DNA of 64,000 nt from the human T2T-CHM13v2.0 reference genome, Homo sapiens, in assembly GCF_009914755.1 (NCBI RefSeq), contig NC_060947.1, one strand, 5' to 3'. Shown here piece after piece: positions 41,626 to 54,149 of this stretch; the first letter of the stretch is position 1, and the number at the start of each line of letters is the position of its first letter. The position numbers and the translations under genes were made by a program. Under the pieces are notes generated by a model. It made no database searches, had not been told where the DNA came from, and saw only the letters and a program-made list of their open reading frames with translations.

Positions 41626-43852
41626 AAAAATGAATAAAGCCTCAAATAAGTTTAAGATTATATTGAATAGCCAAACTTAAGAATAATTGGCATTCATGAG
41701 GAAGAAGATATATCTAAAAGCTTGAAGAACATATTTGGGGAAATAATCGAGGAAAACTTTTCTGGCATTGGTAGAGATCTAGATATCCAAATACAAGAAG
41801 CCCAAAGAACACCTGGGGATTTCATTAAAACAAGATCATCACCTAGGCACATTGTCATCAAGTTATCTGAAGACAAGATGAATGAAAGAATCTTAAGAGT
41901 TGTGTGGCAAAAGCAGCAGGAAACGTGTAAAGGAAAATCTATCAGATAAACAGCATATTTCTCAGCAGAAACCCTACAAGCTAGAAAGAATTTGGGCTGT
42001 ATCTTCAGTCTCATTAAACAAAACAATTGTTAACCAAAAATTTTGTATCCAGCAAAACTAAGCTTCATAAGTGAAGTAAAGATACAGTCTTTGCCAGACA
42101 AACAAATACTGAGAGAAGTTGACACTATCAAACCAGCTCTAGAATAACTGCTAAAGCAGCTCGAAATCTTGATACAAATCCTGGAAACACATCAAATAGA
42201 ATCTCTTTAAAGCATAAATCTCACAGTACCTATAAAATAAAAACACAGTAAATAAAAACCAGGATACTTAGGCAACAAATAGCATGATGAATGGAATAGT
42301 ATCTCACATCTCAATACTAACGTTGAATGTAAGTGACCTAAATGCCCCATGTAAAAGATATAGAATTGCAGAGTAGGTAAGAATTTACCAGCCAAGTATC
42401 TGCTGCCTCTAAGAGACTCACCTAACACATAAGGACTCACATAAACTTAAGGTAAAGCATGGAAAAAGATATTTCATGCAAATGGACACCAAAATTGAGT
42501 AGGAGTAGCTATTCTTACGTCAGACAAAATCTTTAAAGCAACAGCAGTTTGAAAAGACAAAGAGGGACATTATATAATAATAAAAGGCCTTATCCAACAG
42601 GAAAATGTTACAATTCTAAATATAAATGTGTATAACACTGGAGTTCCCAAATTCATAAAACAATTACTTCTAGATGTAATAAATGAGAAAAACAGCAATG
42701 TGATAATAGTGGGGAAACTTCAATACTTCACTGACAGCAATAGACAGTTCATCAAGACAGAAAGTCAAAAAAGAAACAATGGACTTAAACTATACCCTAG
42801 AAAAAATAGATTTAACAGATATGTACAGCCATTCTACCCAACAACCACAGGATATACATTTTATTCATCAGTGCATAAAACTTTCTCCAAGATAGACCAT
42901 ATGATAGGCCACAAAACAAGTCTTAATGAATTTAAGAAAATTGAAATTACATCAACTACTTCCTCAGACCACAGTGGAATAAAAGTGGAAATCAACTCCA
43001 AAAGGAACCTTCAAAACCATAAAACACATACAAATTAAATAACCTGTTCCTGAATGTTCACTGGGTAATCAATGAAATCAAGATGGAAATTAAAATATTC
43101 TGTGAATTGAACAATAATAGTGACATGTCCTATCTAAACATCTGTGATACAGCAAAGTCAGTGTTAAGAGGAAAGTTGAGAACCTTAAATACCTACTTCA
43201 GTAAATCTGAAAGAGCACATACAGATAATCTAAGGTCACACCCCAAGAAACTAGAGAAGAGCAAACCAAACCCCAAACCCAGCAGAAGAAAAGAAATAGC
43301 AAAGGTTATAGCAAAATAAAATAAAATAAAATATAAAAATATAAAACATAAATAAAACAAAAGGCTGGTTCTTTTAAAAGACAAATAAAATTGATAAACC
43401 ATTAGCAAAATTAACCAAAAAGAGAGAGAATATCCAAAAAAGCTCAATTAGAAATGAAACAGGAGATATTACAACCGACAGCACAGAAATACAAAAGATT
43501 ATTCAAGGCTACTACAAACATGCACATAAACTAGAAAACCTAGAGGAGATGGATAAATTCCTGGAAAGATACAACCCTGCTAGCTTAAAACAGAAAGAAT
43601 TAGAAACCCTGAACAGACCAATAACAAGCAGCAAGATTGAAATAATCATAAAAAAATTACTAACAATAAAAAAATTTAGGACAAGATTGATTCACTGTTT
43701 AATTCTATCAGACATAAAAAAAAAGTAGGTACCAATCCTATTGACACTATTCCACAAGATAGAGGAAAAGAGAATCCTCCCTAAATCATTCTATGAAGAG
43801 AGTATCACCAAGGAGAGGACATAACCAAAAAAAGAAACTACAGACCAATATC

Positions 43853-44303
43853 TGTAGGGAGCTGAAGGCCCGTGGGATGTGACCAACTCAGCATTCCACT
43901 GGAGGCTATGTGATCAAACAGCAAACTGTTTATCATGAATGCAGGATGTGGGCAAACTCACACTGCGCCTGATGCCAAAAGGTTTGCTGACGGCTGTCAC
44001 TCCCTGGTGCCGGGCTCCTTGAAGTTATCTACTGGGAAATCTAGTGCCTATTGCTCAAAAGATGCAGTCTCACAAGCCTGCTGTGAACCAAATGGCCGAG
44101 TGACAATTACCCAACAATCATCGCTCCCTTTCTTGTTATCTCTCTTACCTAATAAATTTGGAGGGCTGAAAAAGCTCAGGACCCTTGTCCACTAGAGACA
44201 AGGTGCCCCCTGACCCCTTCTTCCAAACATATTCTTTTGTCTTTGCCTTTTATTCTCATGTTTGCCCCATTTGTTCAGTCCCTCAATGTCCGTGCAGGTT
44301 ACA
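43853..44303 (+). repeat. 5' LTR (LTR3-like)
   Basis: tgtagggagctgaaggcc...gtccgtgcaggttaca, with AATAAA at about 44151. Confidence 0.9.
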
Positions 44304-44507
44304 AGTGGTGAACAAACACAGGGACTTCGAGGACGTGAACAAAGAAGGTCTGCTGAAGCAGAGGAACTGAAATTCACAAGCCGAACGGGGACCCTGGGAC
44401 GAGTCTGCCAGCAGTGGATATAAGGTTAGTGCCCTAAAGAGGTACTGATCAGTGCCCTAAAGAGGTACTGGGTACTGGGAACAGGAAGTTTTCTGAATCA
44501 GGGTAAC

Positions 44508-46050
44508 ATGGGCCAGAATTTGTCTGTTGAAGAAAAACATGTGCAGTTGCTTAAAGTTCTGTTGAGACAGTCTGGAGGTCAGGTTAATTCACAGACACTT
44601 ACTAACCACCTGCAGAAGCCACAAAATGTTATTATGCATAACCCATGGTTTCCATAGGCAGGCACTTTTGATGTGGAAAATTGGGACAGAGCAGGAGATG
44701 GATTAAAACAGGCTCATCAAAAAGGTCTTAAAGTTGATTTTTCTGTGTTTTCCACTTGGAGTTTAATTTGTACTGTACTTCTACCATTATCTCCTTATTA
44801 TTCTGCAGGACAGGAGGCTGAGTCTAAAAATCTGAAAGAATCTGTTGTCCCACCCACAGCACTAATTGAAAATAAAAAACAGGAGAGGGAGGATAAAAAT
44901 TGGCCTATACCACCTCCTCCAATTGCAGAAACATCTGTACCACCTCCTTCAGTAGCAGAAATAGAAATGAAAAATACAAAGAATTTTACCCTCTGCTGCC
45001 ATAGCTGAAGAGCCCTTAGGACCTTGCACTTTTCCTATCTCTGTAAGGCCTGATCGAAGTAATCCACAGCAGCTTATTCATGAACACACTCCACTAGAGT
45101 TTAAGTTGTTGAAGAAATTAAAAGCAAGTGTAGTAAATAATGGCGTACGGAGCCCATTTACTTTAGGATTGCTAGAATCTGCATTTGGTGCTATCTATCT
45201 TTTACCCTTTGATGTAAAACACTTGACATGAACTTGCTTGTCTGCTAGTGCATATCTGACAGGGAATTTAAATTAACAAGAAATGTGTGCAGATCAGGCT
45301 AGACAGAACTGTGTTGCTGGACACGGAGACATTACAGAGGATAAGCTACTGGGTAATGACCCTTATTCAGACCTGGAACGTCAAATGGCACTCCCAGACG
45401 CTGCTTATCAGCAGTGTGCACAGGCTGCTAAATGCACCTGGGCTGCAATTCCTGAAGAGGGAGTCCCAGTACAATCCTTTTTAAATATCATGCAAGGGTC
45501 ACAGGAACCCTATGCACAATTTCTTGCACAAGTACAAGAGGGAGTGAAGTGTCAGATTCCTCATACCATGGCTGCAGAAATGCTAACCTTAACTCTAGCG
45601 GATTGTAAATGTGCACTGGCACCTGTGAGGTGTACAAAAATCTTGGGAAATTTTCTCAGAGCTTGTCAGGATGTAGGAACTGAGCTTCATTGATCTGCAA
45701 TGTTAGCACAAGCAATGGCTAATTTAGCAGTTGACAAATCTAAAACGAGCCAAGGGTCAAACCCTAAAATGTGAAAATGTTACAGTTGTGGAAAAACTGG
45801 ACATTTTAAAAAGGAATGCCACAAGATCTCAGGACAGAAAGCACCTTAAAATGCAGTTACCCCCCACCCCCAGTGGAAAAAATGTCAGAACTTTGTCCTT
45901 GTTGTAACAAAGGAAATCACTGGGCTAATCAGTGCTGCTCAAAATTTCATCAGAATGGCACCCCCTGTTGGGAAGCGAGATGGGGGCCTTGACCCAGGCC
46001 CCTCAAACAATGAGGGCATTCCCAGTTCAGACCACAACCCTGTTTCAGGA
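44508..46050 (+). pseudogene. HERV-K gag remnant
   Basis: MGQNLSVEEKH start; MHR-like IMQGSQEPYAQF; two zinc knuckles (CYSCGKTGHFKKEC, CPCCNKGNHWANQC); multiple stops. Confidence 0.85.
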
Positions 46051-46880
46051 AACACATTGATTGCCTCACCCCAGGAACACCAGGAAGTGCAGGATTAGAT
46101 CTACCCGCCAGAGAAAGAATCATGTTAGTTGGGGGAGATAAACCCATCAAAGTTCCCACTGGTATTTGGGGACATTTACTAACAGGATACATGGGACTAA
46201 TTTTAGGCAAAAGCCATCTTAACTTACAGGGCATTATTGTAATCCCAGGAGTTGTTGACTCTGATTATGAAGGGGAAATTCAAGTAGTTTTAATGTCACA
46301 AGATCTTTGGGTTTTTGAACCAGGAGACTATATTGCTCAATTATTGCTTATTCCCTGTAAATTACACCCTTCTCTGCAAAAGAAGAAATGAGAAAATAAA
46401 TGGCTCGGGAGCACAGCTACATGACAAATTTATCTATCCCATCCCATAGACTCTAATAGACCCACCTGTGTAGTACAAATTAAAGGAAGGGAATTTTATG
46501 GGCTTACGGATATGGGAGCTGATGTGTCAGTAATATCTAAAGACAACTGGCCCCCATCCTGGCCCTTGCAATTAACTTCTACTTCCCTAGTGGGAGTAGG
46601 AGAAGCTAAGAGTGCTGAGATTTTATCTTGTCTTGGTCCAGATGGACAATTGTGTACTTTTCAGCTTTATGTTGCAAATATAGCTATCAATTTATGAGGT
46701 CAAGACTTACTTACAGCATAGGATATGAGACTCACAAATGAAAACTTTGATAACCCAGATTTAAAATGTTGAAGAACATGGGATATCAGGGTGGGAAAGG
46801 TTTAGGGAAAGTCCTACAAGGAAATCTAACCTGATATTAGTAACTGGAAAAACAGATAGCAAAGGGCTAAGATGTCAGGA
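46050..46880 (+). pseudogene. HERV-K dUTPase-protease-G-patch remnant
   Basis: GSAGLDL, GLILGKS, GVVDSDYEGEI (dUTPase); D-M-GADVSVI (mutated DTG); MGYQGGKGLGK (G-patch). Confidence 0.85.
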
Positions 46881-48010
46881 TTTCTGATGGGGGTCATTTA
46901 TATTTCTCCTCTGCCTACTGCCTTACCATTAGAATGGCTTAGTGACAAACCTGTGTGGGTGGATCAATGGCCCCTAACACAGGAGAAGCTAGATCAACTT
47001 CATCTGTTGGTAAAAGAACCTTTGGATTCAGTACATATAGAAAAGTCAGTTAGCCCCTGGAATTCACTGGTATTTGTTATTCCAAAAAAGTCCAGAAGCA
47101 ATAATGACCTCTGGGGTTTCAGCTCAATGCTCAGAGCTAATTGCAATCATTCAGGTTTTATAGCTTACAGTTTCAGATCCTATCAACATTGTCAGTGATT
47201 CAGCTTATGTTGTAAATGTAACCAGTCACATAGAAACTGCTACAATTAAAAGTCCACTAGACCCAAAACTGCATAATTTGTTTATGTTCGTGTGACTATA
47301 GGCACTTATTCTCATATGCTGCATGATACATGCCAAACAGATGAGACAGCTGGTCATGTATGGCAACATTGTCTGTCATCATTTGCTCATATGGAGATAC
47401 GTAAACAATTAAGAACTGACAATGGACCCACTTATACTAGTCATGCTTTTCAAAATTTCTTACAGCTTTGGACAATAACCCATAAAACAGGAATTCCTTA
47501 TAATCCTAGAGGACAAGGCATTACAATCAAACATTACAACACATGTTGAAAAGACAAAAAGGGGGTATAAGAGGACAACTACCACCTCAATCAAAACTAC
47601 ATTTAGACTTATTTACTTTAAATTTTTTGATTCCTGGTACAGATGGTAAGACTCCAGCAGAAAGGCATTGACAAGTGTTAGAGGCAAAGACAAAAATTTA
47701 TCTGAAAGTGTTATGGAAATCCGCAGAAGAGGGACAATGGAAAGGTCTGGTGGATTTACTGATGTGGGGACGAGGGTATGCTTGTGTTTTTACAGGAGAT
47801 TGACAAACCGTGTGGGTGTCCTCAAGGTGGATGCAGCCGTGGAATGGGAGACTGGAGGAACCCAGGGTGGCCAACCATGGGCCCGGTCCCTCTGGTATGA
47901 GCCATGAGCCAGCTGAGCCTGAGTACAAAGACGGAGAGGTTGACCAGCGTCATGACGACATCAACCCCCATAACCTGGGGACAACTCAAGAAAACCATGC
48001 AGGAAGCTGA
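46870..48010 (+). pseudogene. HERV-K pol remnant with two large internal deletions
   Basis: RT N-terminus (PVWVDQWPL...[13 protein letters not shown]) jumps at about 47095 to RNase H (SDSAYVV), then at about 47280 to the integrase core (TDNGP, TGIPYNPRGQG). Confidence 0.85.
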
Positions 48011-49820
48011 GAAACTACTGGAGCATCAAGGCCAGACAAAAACCCGATTCCATGTTTGTGACCATGTTAGCCTTAATGTCCTCTGCGGTATTTTTTCCCT
48101 GTGCAAAGGCAAAAACATATTGGGCATATGTTCCAAATTCCCCAGCAGTATGACCTATACTTTGGAGTGACACTCCTCCTGGGATTTATCACGACTGGGG
48201 AGAGTGGGCTCCAGGACCCCTAACTCCCCCTGACATAGAACAATTAGACTCTCAGAATACTGTCATTAATTTTACCACTCCACTGGAAGGACTTCCTTTG
48301 TGTACCACCACAAAGATGTCACTCAGCCATAGCTGTCTTACAATTCAAGCTCAAACATGGTTGAGTCACTATGGAAAACTCATGTACTTATTAAGTCTTG
48401 GTTCTATTAATGTAACTGGTGTGCTAACCAACCATTCCAGGCCCAATCGCCCTAATTGTGCTGACTATATGGAATGGATTCCCTTCAATATTTCCTACCC
48501 CCTTCCATGGACCCAGTGTCTTGGCCCACTGGCTAGAAAACAATCTATGTTAACGGGAGACATTGTGGATTGGGGACCTAAAGGTCAATTAGATGGAAAG
48601 GACGAAAATCAGAAATCGTGGCACAAACTTCGCTGGCATTGGTGGCGAGCTTTTAATACTTCTTCTTTATATAACACCAGGATTCAATCCCAGTCTGCTG
48701 CCCAGATTGCTTGGCATGGAGCAGGCTTTAGCCTACCTCTTCCTCAGTGGCATTATCTAGGGAGGAAAAGACCAATTCAAGAGATGAATTGGAAGGCAGC
48801 ACTCCCATTTATGAATGACAGCATCTCAATTGGGATACTATCCAATAATAGCAATAGTAAGCAATGCAGTCTTAATGTTACATTTGTAAAGAATATCACC
48901 ACTCAATTTACAGTTTGTGTTTTTAATCCTTATGACTTTTTGTCAGCTAAGAAGGACCAGCTCCAGGTAAACAGTATCCAATTGACCTGTAAATCTTGCC
49001 ATTTGTATCACTGCATTAATCATAGCACATTGCAAACACATAATATCTCTACTTTGATTTTAGGTTGCATCCCTGGGCTATGGATTCCTATTAATCTGTC
49101 TGAGCCTTGGGTTGCCACCCTTGCCTTGCATTTTGTTGAAACTTCTTCTAACTCAGCTTACTCATTGTGTCCGTAGAGCCTTAGGCATGATAATTTTTGC
49201 TATTGTTTCCTTGGTCACACTAATGACTTCTGTTGTGATGTCCTCTGTAGCTTTGCATCATTCTATTCAAACAGCTCAGTACATGGAGAACTGGATGTGC
49301 ACAGCCAACCAAGCGTGGCTACACTGAGTTACAAACTGAAGGGCCAATGTTGAAATCCATGTTTCTATGGTTAGGAGAACAAGTACAAATCTTGCAGTTG
49401 CAGCAGCAATTGCATTGTCATTTTAACCACACTCGTATTTGTGTAACAAACTTAGAATATAAAAAAAGTGAGTATCCATGGGACCCTGTGAAAGCCCATT
49501 TGTAGGGAGCTTTCACATCCATCATCACCTTTGATATTGGTGAGTTACAAAACAAAATTCTTGATTTAAATAGGCGAACTCAGGAATTTCAGCCTTCTTT
49601 AGAAGACTGGACTGAATTCCAGCAAGGCTTGGAGAGCCTCAATCCTTGGATCTATGTAAGGCACCACATTAACATCTTATATGTAGTTCTTGGAATAATG
49701 TTGTTTTGTCTCTGTCTTCTGTTCATAGTCTGTAAAATCGGATGGACCGCCAATCAGAAAATGGGTGCTGCCAAGCCTGGACTTACATTCTTTCTATTAA
49801 TTTGTAAACACAAAGGGGGA
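47844..49820 (+). pseudogene. HERV-K env remnant (Rec-like leader, SU, TM)
   Basis: Leader PITWGQLKK; SU start YWAYVP; 292-aa SU fragment 48298..49176; cleavage site and fusion peptide VRR/ALGMIIFAIV; TM anchor in 49629..49883. Confidence 0.85.
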
Positions 49821-49822
49821 TA

Positions 49823-50268
49823 TGTAGGGAGCCAAAGGCCCATGGGATGTGATCAACTCAGCATTCCACTGAAGGCTATATGATCAAACAGCAAACTGTT
49901 TATCATGAATACAGGATGTAGGCAAACTCACACTGCGCCTGCCACCAAAAAGTTTGCTCAGGGCCATCACTCCCTGGTGCTGGGCTCCTTGAAGTTATAT
50001 ACTGGGAAATCTAGCACCTATTGTTCGAAGGATGCAGTCTCACAAGCCTGCTGTGAACCAAACGGCTGAGTGACAATTACCTGACAATCACCCCCCCCAC
50101 CTTCTCGTTATCTCTCTTACTTAATAAATTCGGAGGGCTGAAAAAGCTCAGGGCCCTGGTCCACTAGAGGCAAGGTGCCCCCTGACCCCTTCTTCCAAAC
50201 GTACTTTTGTCTTTTTCATTCCAGCGTTTGCCCTCTTTGTTCAGTCCCCAAGGTCCGTGCGGGTTACA
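49823..50268 (+). repeat. 3' LTR (LTR3-like)
   Basis: tgtagggagccaaaggcc...gtccgtgcgggttaca; roughly 10% diverged from the 5' LTR by eye. Confidence 0.9.
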
Positions 50269-53149
50269 AATATCCCTGATAAACATAGATACAAAAATCC
50301 TTAACAAAACACTAGCTAATGGAATCCAACAGCATATTAAAAACATAATCCATCATGATAAAGTAAGTTTCATACAGGGGATGCAGGGATGGTTAAACAT
50401 ACACAAGTCAATAAATGCGATACACCCCATAAACAGAATTAAAAACAAAAATCACATGATTATCTCAATAGATGCAGAAAAAGCATCTGACAAAAGCCAG
50501 CATCCCTTCATGATTAAAACTCTCAGCAAAATCGGCATACAAAGGACATACCTCAATGTAATAAAAGCCATCTATGGCAAACACACAGCCAACATAATAC
50601 TGAACAGGGAAAAGTTGAAAGCATTTCCTCTGAGAAATGGAACAAGAAAAGTATGCCCACTCTCACCACTTATGTTCAACATAGTACTGGAAGTCCTAGC
50701 CAGAGCAATCAGACAAGAGAAAGAAATAAAGGGCCTCCAAATCGGTAAAGAGGTAGTCAAACTGTAACTGTTTGCTGATGATATGATTGTATACATAGAA
50801 ACCATAAAGACTTCTCCAAAACACTCCAGGAACTGATAAATGAATTCAGCAAAGTTTCAGGATACAAAATTAATGTACACAAATCAGTAGCTCTGCTATG
50901 CACCAACAGTGACCAAGCTGAGAATCAAATCAAGAACTCAACCCCTTTCACAATAGCCACAAAATAAATAAAATACTTACAAATATACATAACCAAGGAG
51001 GTGAAAGATCTCTACAAGGAAAACCACAAAACACTACTGAAAGAAAACACAGATGACACAAACAAATGGAAACAAATCCCATGCTCATGGATGGGTAGAA
51101 TCAACATTGTGAAAAAGAATACTGCCAAAAGAAATCTACAAATGTCATTGCAATTCTCATAAAAAAGCCACCATCATTCTTCACAGAACTAGGAAAAAAA
51201 AATCCTAAAATTCACATGGAACCAAAAAAGAGCCTGCATAGCCAAAGGAAGACTAAGCAAAAAGAACAAATCTGGAGGCATCACATTCCCCAACTTCAAA
51301 CTATACTAGAAGTCCATAGTCACCAAAACAGCATGACACCGGTATAAAAACAGGCACATAGACAAATCTTAAAGAATAGAGGACCCAGAAATAAACCCAA
51401 ATGCCTACAGCCAACTGATTTTCATCAAAGCAAACAAAAACATAAAGTGGGGAAAGGACACCCTATTCAACAAATGGTGCTGGCATAATTGGCAAGCCAC
51501 ATGTAGGAGAATGAAACTAGATCCTCATCTCTCACCTTATACAAAAATCATCTCAAGATGGATCAAGGACTTAAATCCAAGACCTGAAACTGTAAAAATT
51601 TTAAACGATAACATCAGAAAAACTCTTCTAGGCATTGGCTTAGTCAAAGACTTCATGACCAAGAACCCAAAAGCAAACGAAACTAAAACAAAGATAAGTA
51701 AGTGGAACTTAATTAAACTAAAGAGTTCTGCACAGCAAAAGGAACAGTCATCACAATAAACAGACAACAGACAGAGTGCGAGGAAATCTTCAGAATCTAT
51801 CTATTCAAAAAGGACTAATATCCAGAATCTACAAGCAACTCAAACAAATTAGCAAGAAAAAACAAATAATCCCATCAAAAAGTGGGCTAAGGACATGAAT
51901 AGACAATTCTCAAGAGAAGATATACAAATGGCCAACAAACGTATAAAAATGCTCAACATCACTAATGATCAGGGAAATGCAAATCAAAACCACAATGCAA
52001 TGCCACTTTACTCCCGTGAGAATGGTCATTATAAAAAAATTAAAAAATAATAGATGTTGGCATGGATGCGGTAAAAAGGGAACACTTCTACACTGCTAGT
52101 GGGAGTGTAAACTAGTACAATCACTATGGAAAATGGTGTGGAGATTCCTTAAAAAATTAAAGTAGAACTAACATTCCATCCAGCAATCCCACTACTGGGT
52201 ATCTACCGAGAGGAAAAAAAGTCATTTTACAAAAAAGTTATTTGCACGTGCATGTTTATAGCAGCACAATTCGCAATTGCAAAAATATGAAACCAGCCCA
52301 AATGCCCATCAATGAATGGATAAATAAACTGTGGTGTATATATATGGTGGAATATTACTCTGCCATAAAAAGGAATGAATTAATGGAATTTGCAGCAACC
52401 TGGATGGAATTGGAGGCCATCATTCTAAGTGAAGTAACTCAGGAATGGAAAACCAAACATTGTATGTTCTCATTCATAAGTGGGAGCTAAGCTATGGGGA
52501 TCCAAAGGCATAAGAATGATACAATGGACTTTGGGGACTTGGGGGAAAGGGTTGGAGTGGGGCATAAAGGATAAAATACTACAAATTGGGTTCAGTGTTT
52601 ACTGCTTGGGTGACGGGTGCACCAAAATCTCACAAAGCACCACTAAAGAACTTACTCGTGTAACCAAATACTACCTGTTCCCCCAAAACCTATGAAAATA
52701 AAAAAAAATATAAAAAAATTAAAAGTCACACTTTGGGTCACCTAGAAAAATCGAATATTGGGGACACATAAACCATGCAATACTACATAGCCATAAAAAG
52801 GAATGAGGTCATGCCCTTTGTAGCAATGTGGATTGAGCTGGAGGCCATTATCCTAAGCAAGCTAATGTAGGAACAGAAAACCAAATACTACATGTTCTCC
52901 CTTATAAGTGGGAGCTAAACACCGAGTAGAGATGGACACAAAGAAGGGAACCATAGGCACTGTGGCATACTTGAGGGTGGAGGGTAAGAGGAGGGAGAGA
53001 ATTGAAAAATTACCTATTCAGTACTATGCTTATTACCTGGGTGATGAAATAATTTGCACACCAAACCCCTATGACATATAGTTTACCTATATTACAAACT
53101 TTTACACATATACCTCTGAACCTAAAATAAAAGTTAAAAAAAAAAACAC

Positions 53150-54135
53150 AAAAGCATGAGCCGCAAATAAAAAAAAAGATTAATACAGCTTCATCAAAAT
53201 TAGAACTGCTTATGCTTGAAAGCACACTCTCAAGAAACTGAAAGGTAAACCCATAGATAGGGAGAAAGTATTTGCCTCTCATGTATCTGATATGGGACTT
53301 GTATAAAATATATATAAATAATTCTTACAATTCAACAAAAATAGGCAAATCATCTGAACAGATATTTCTCCAAGGAAGATATACAAATAGCCAATAAGTT
53401 CAGAACATTTTGCTTGGCATCATTAGTCATCAGGGAAATTCAAAGTAAAACACAATAAGGTAACATATCAGACACACTAAAATGGTAAGAACATAAAAGT
53501 CTAATAACAATTGTTGAACATTTAAAGAAATTGGACTCTTCATATACTGCATGTGGGAATGTAAATTTTCACAGTCACTTTGATAAACACTCTGGAATTC
53601 CTCAAACAGACATAGAATTACCATATGGTCCAGCAATTTCTCCCTTGGTATAAACCTAAAAGAAATAAAAAAAAAACCTAAATAAAAACATTTACATAAA
53701 TATTTATAGCAGCATTAGTCATAATTGTCCAAAGGTGAATACAACCCAAATATCTATCAAAGAATAAATGAATGAACAGAATTTTATATATCCATATGCT
53801 CAGCCATAAAAATGAATGATGAACATGCTACAAATATGGATAAATTTTGAAAACATCATGCTAATTGAAAGAAGCCCATCACAAAGGACCAAATATTATG
53901 TGATTCCATTTACATCAAATGTTCACAATAGGCAGATATATAGGAACAAAAAGTAAATTAGTGGTTGCTTAGGGCAGGAAGGATGGGAGCATTGGGGAAA
54001 TGATAGCTAAAGTTTAGGGATTCCTTTATGAGGTAATGAAAATGTTCTAAATTTACTGTGACGATGGTTAATTGTATACTTTAAATTAGTGAATCATATT
54101 CTATGTGAATTACATCTTAATAAAGCTATTTTTAA
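53150..54135 (+). mobile_element. Old L1MB/ME 3' region
   Basis: ORF2 tail and 3' UTR ending gtatactttaaa...atgtgaattacatcttaataaagct. Confidence 0.7.
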
Positions 54136-54149
54136 AATATCTGGTGCTT

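Larger units (their letters stand above)
43853..50268 (+). mobile_element. HERV-K class II provirus, most likely HML-6 (HERVK3/LTR3), 6416 bp, defective
   Basis: Two TG...CA LTRs, 6-bp TSD aatatc (43847-43852 and 50269-50274), degenerate tRNA-Lys PBS (about 44305-44324), PPT aaaggggga (49812-49820), gag-dUTPase/pro-pol-env order. Confidence 0.9.
32850..52724 (+). mobile_element. Near-full-length L1PB (PB1-like) split into four pieces by three insertions
   Basis: 5' UTR atggtgtataggaggcaggacta; ORF1 pieces about 34280-34534, 35015-35191 and 41626-42200; ORF2 42284-43852 and 50269-52490; L1PB 3' UTR gaatgatacaatggactttgggg...ccccaaaacctat and poly-A. Confidence 0.85.
32006..53145 (+). mobile_element. 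L1PA15/16-like host in pieces (32006-32845 and about 52757-53145), split by the L1PB
   Basis: ...ggtagactggataaaga (32845) continues as gggacacataaaccatgcaatact (about 52760), then a PA15/16-type 3' UTR. There is also an internal EN-to-C-terminus deletion at about 32285. Confidence 0.7.

Noticed and set aside
48298-49176. 292-aa env ORF as a domesticated (syncytin/suppressyn-like) gene
   Set aside because: It has a TTG start, is cut off from the signal peptide by a stop at 48151 and a frameshift, and frameshifts before the cleavage site. Best read as a residual SU fragment.
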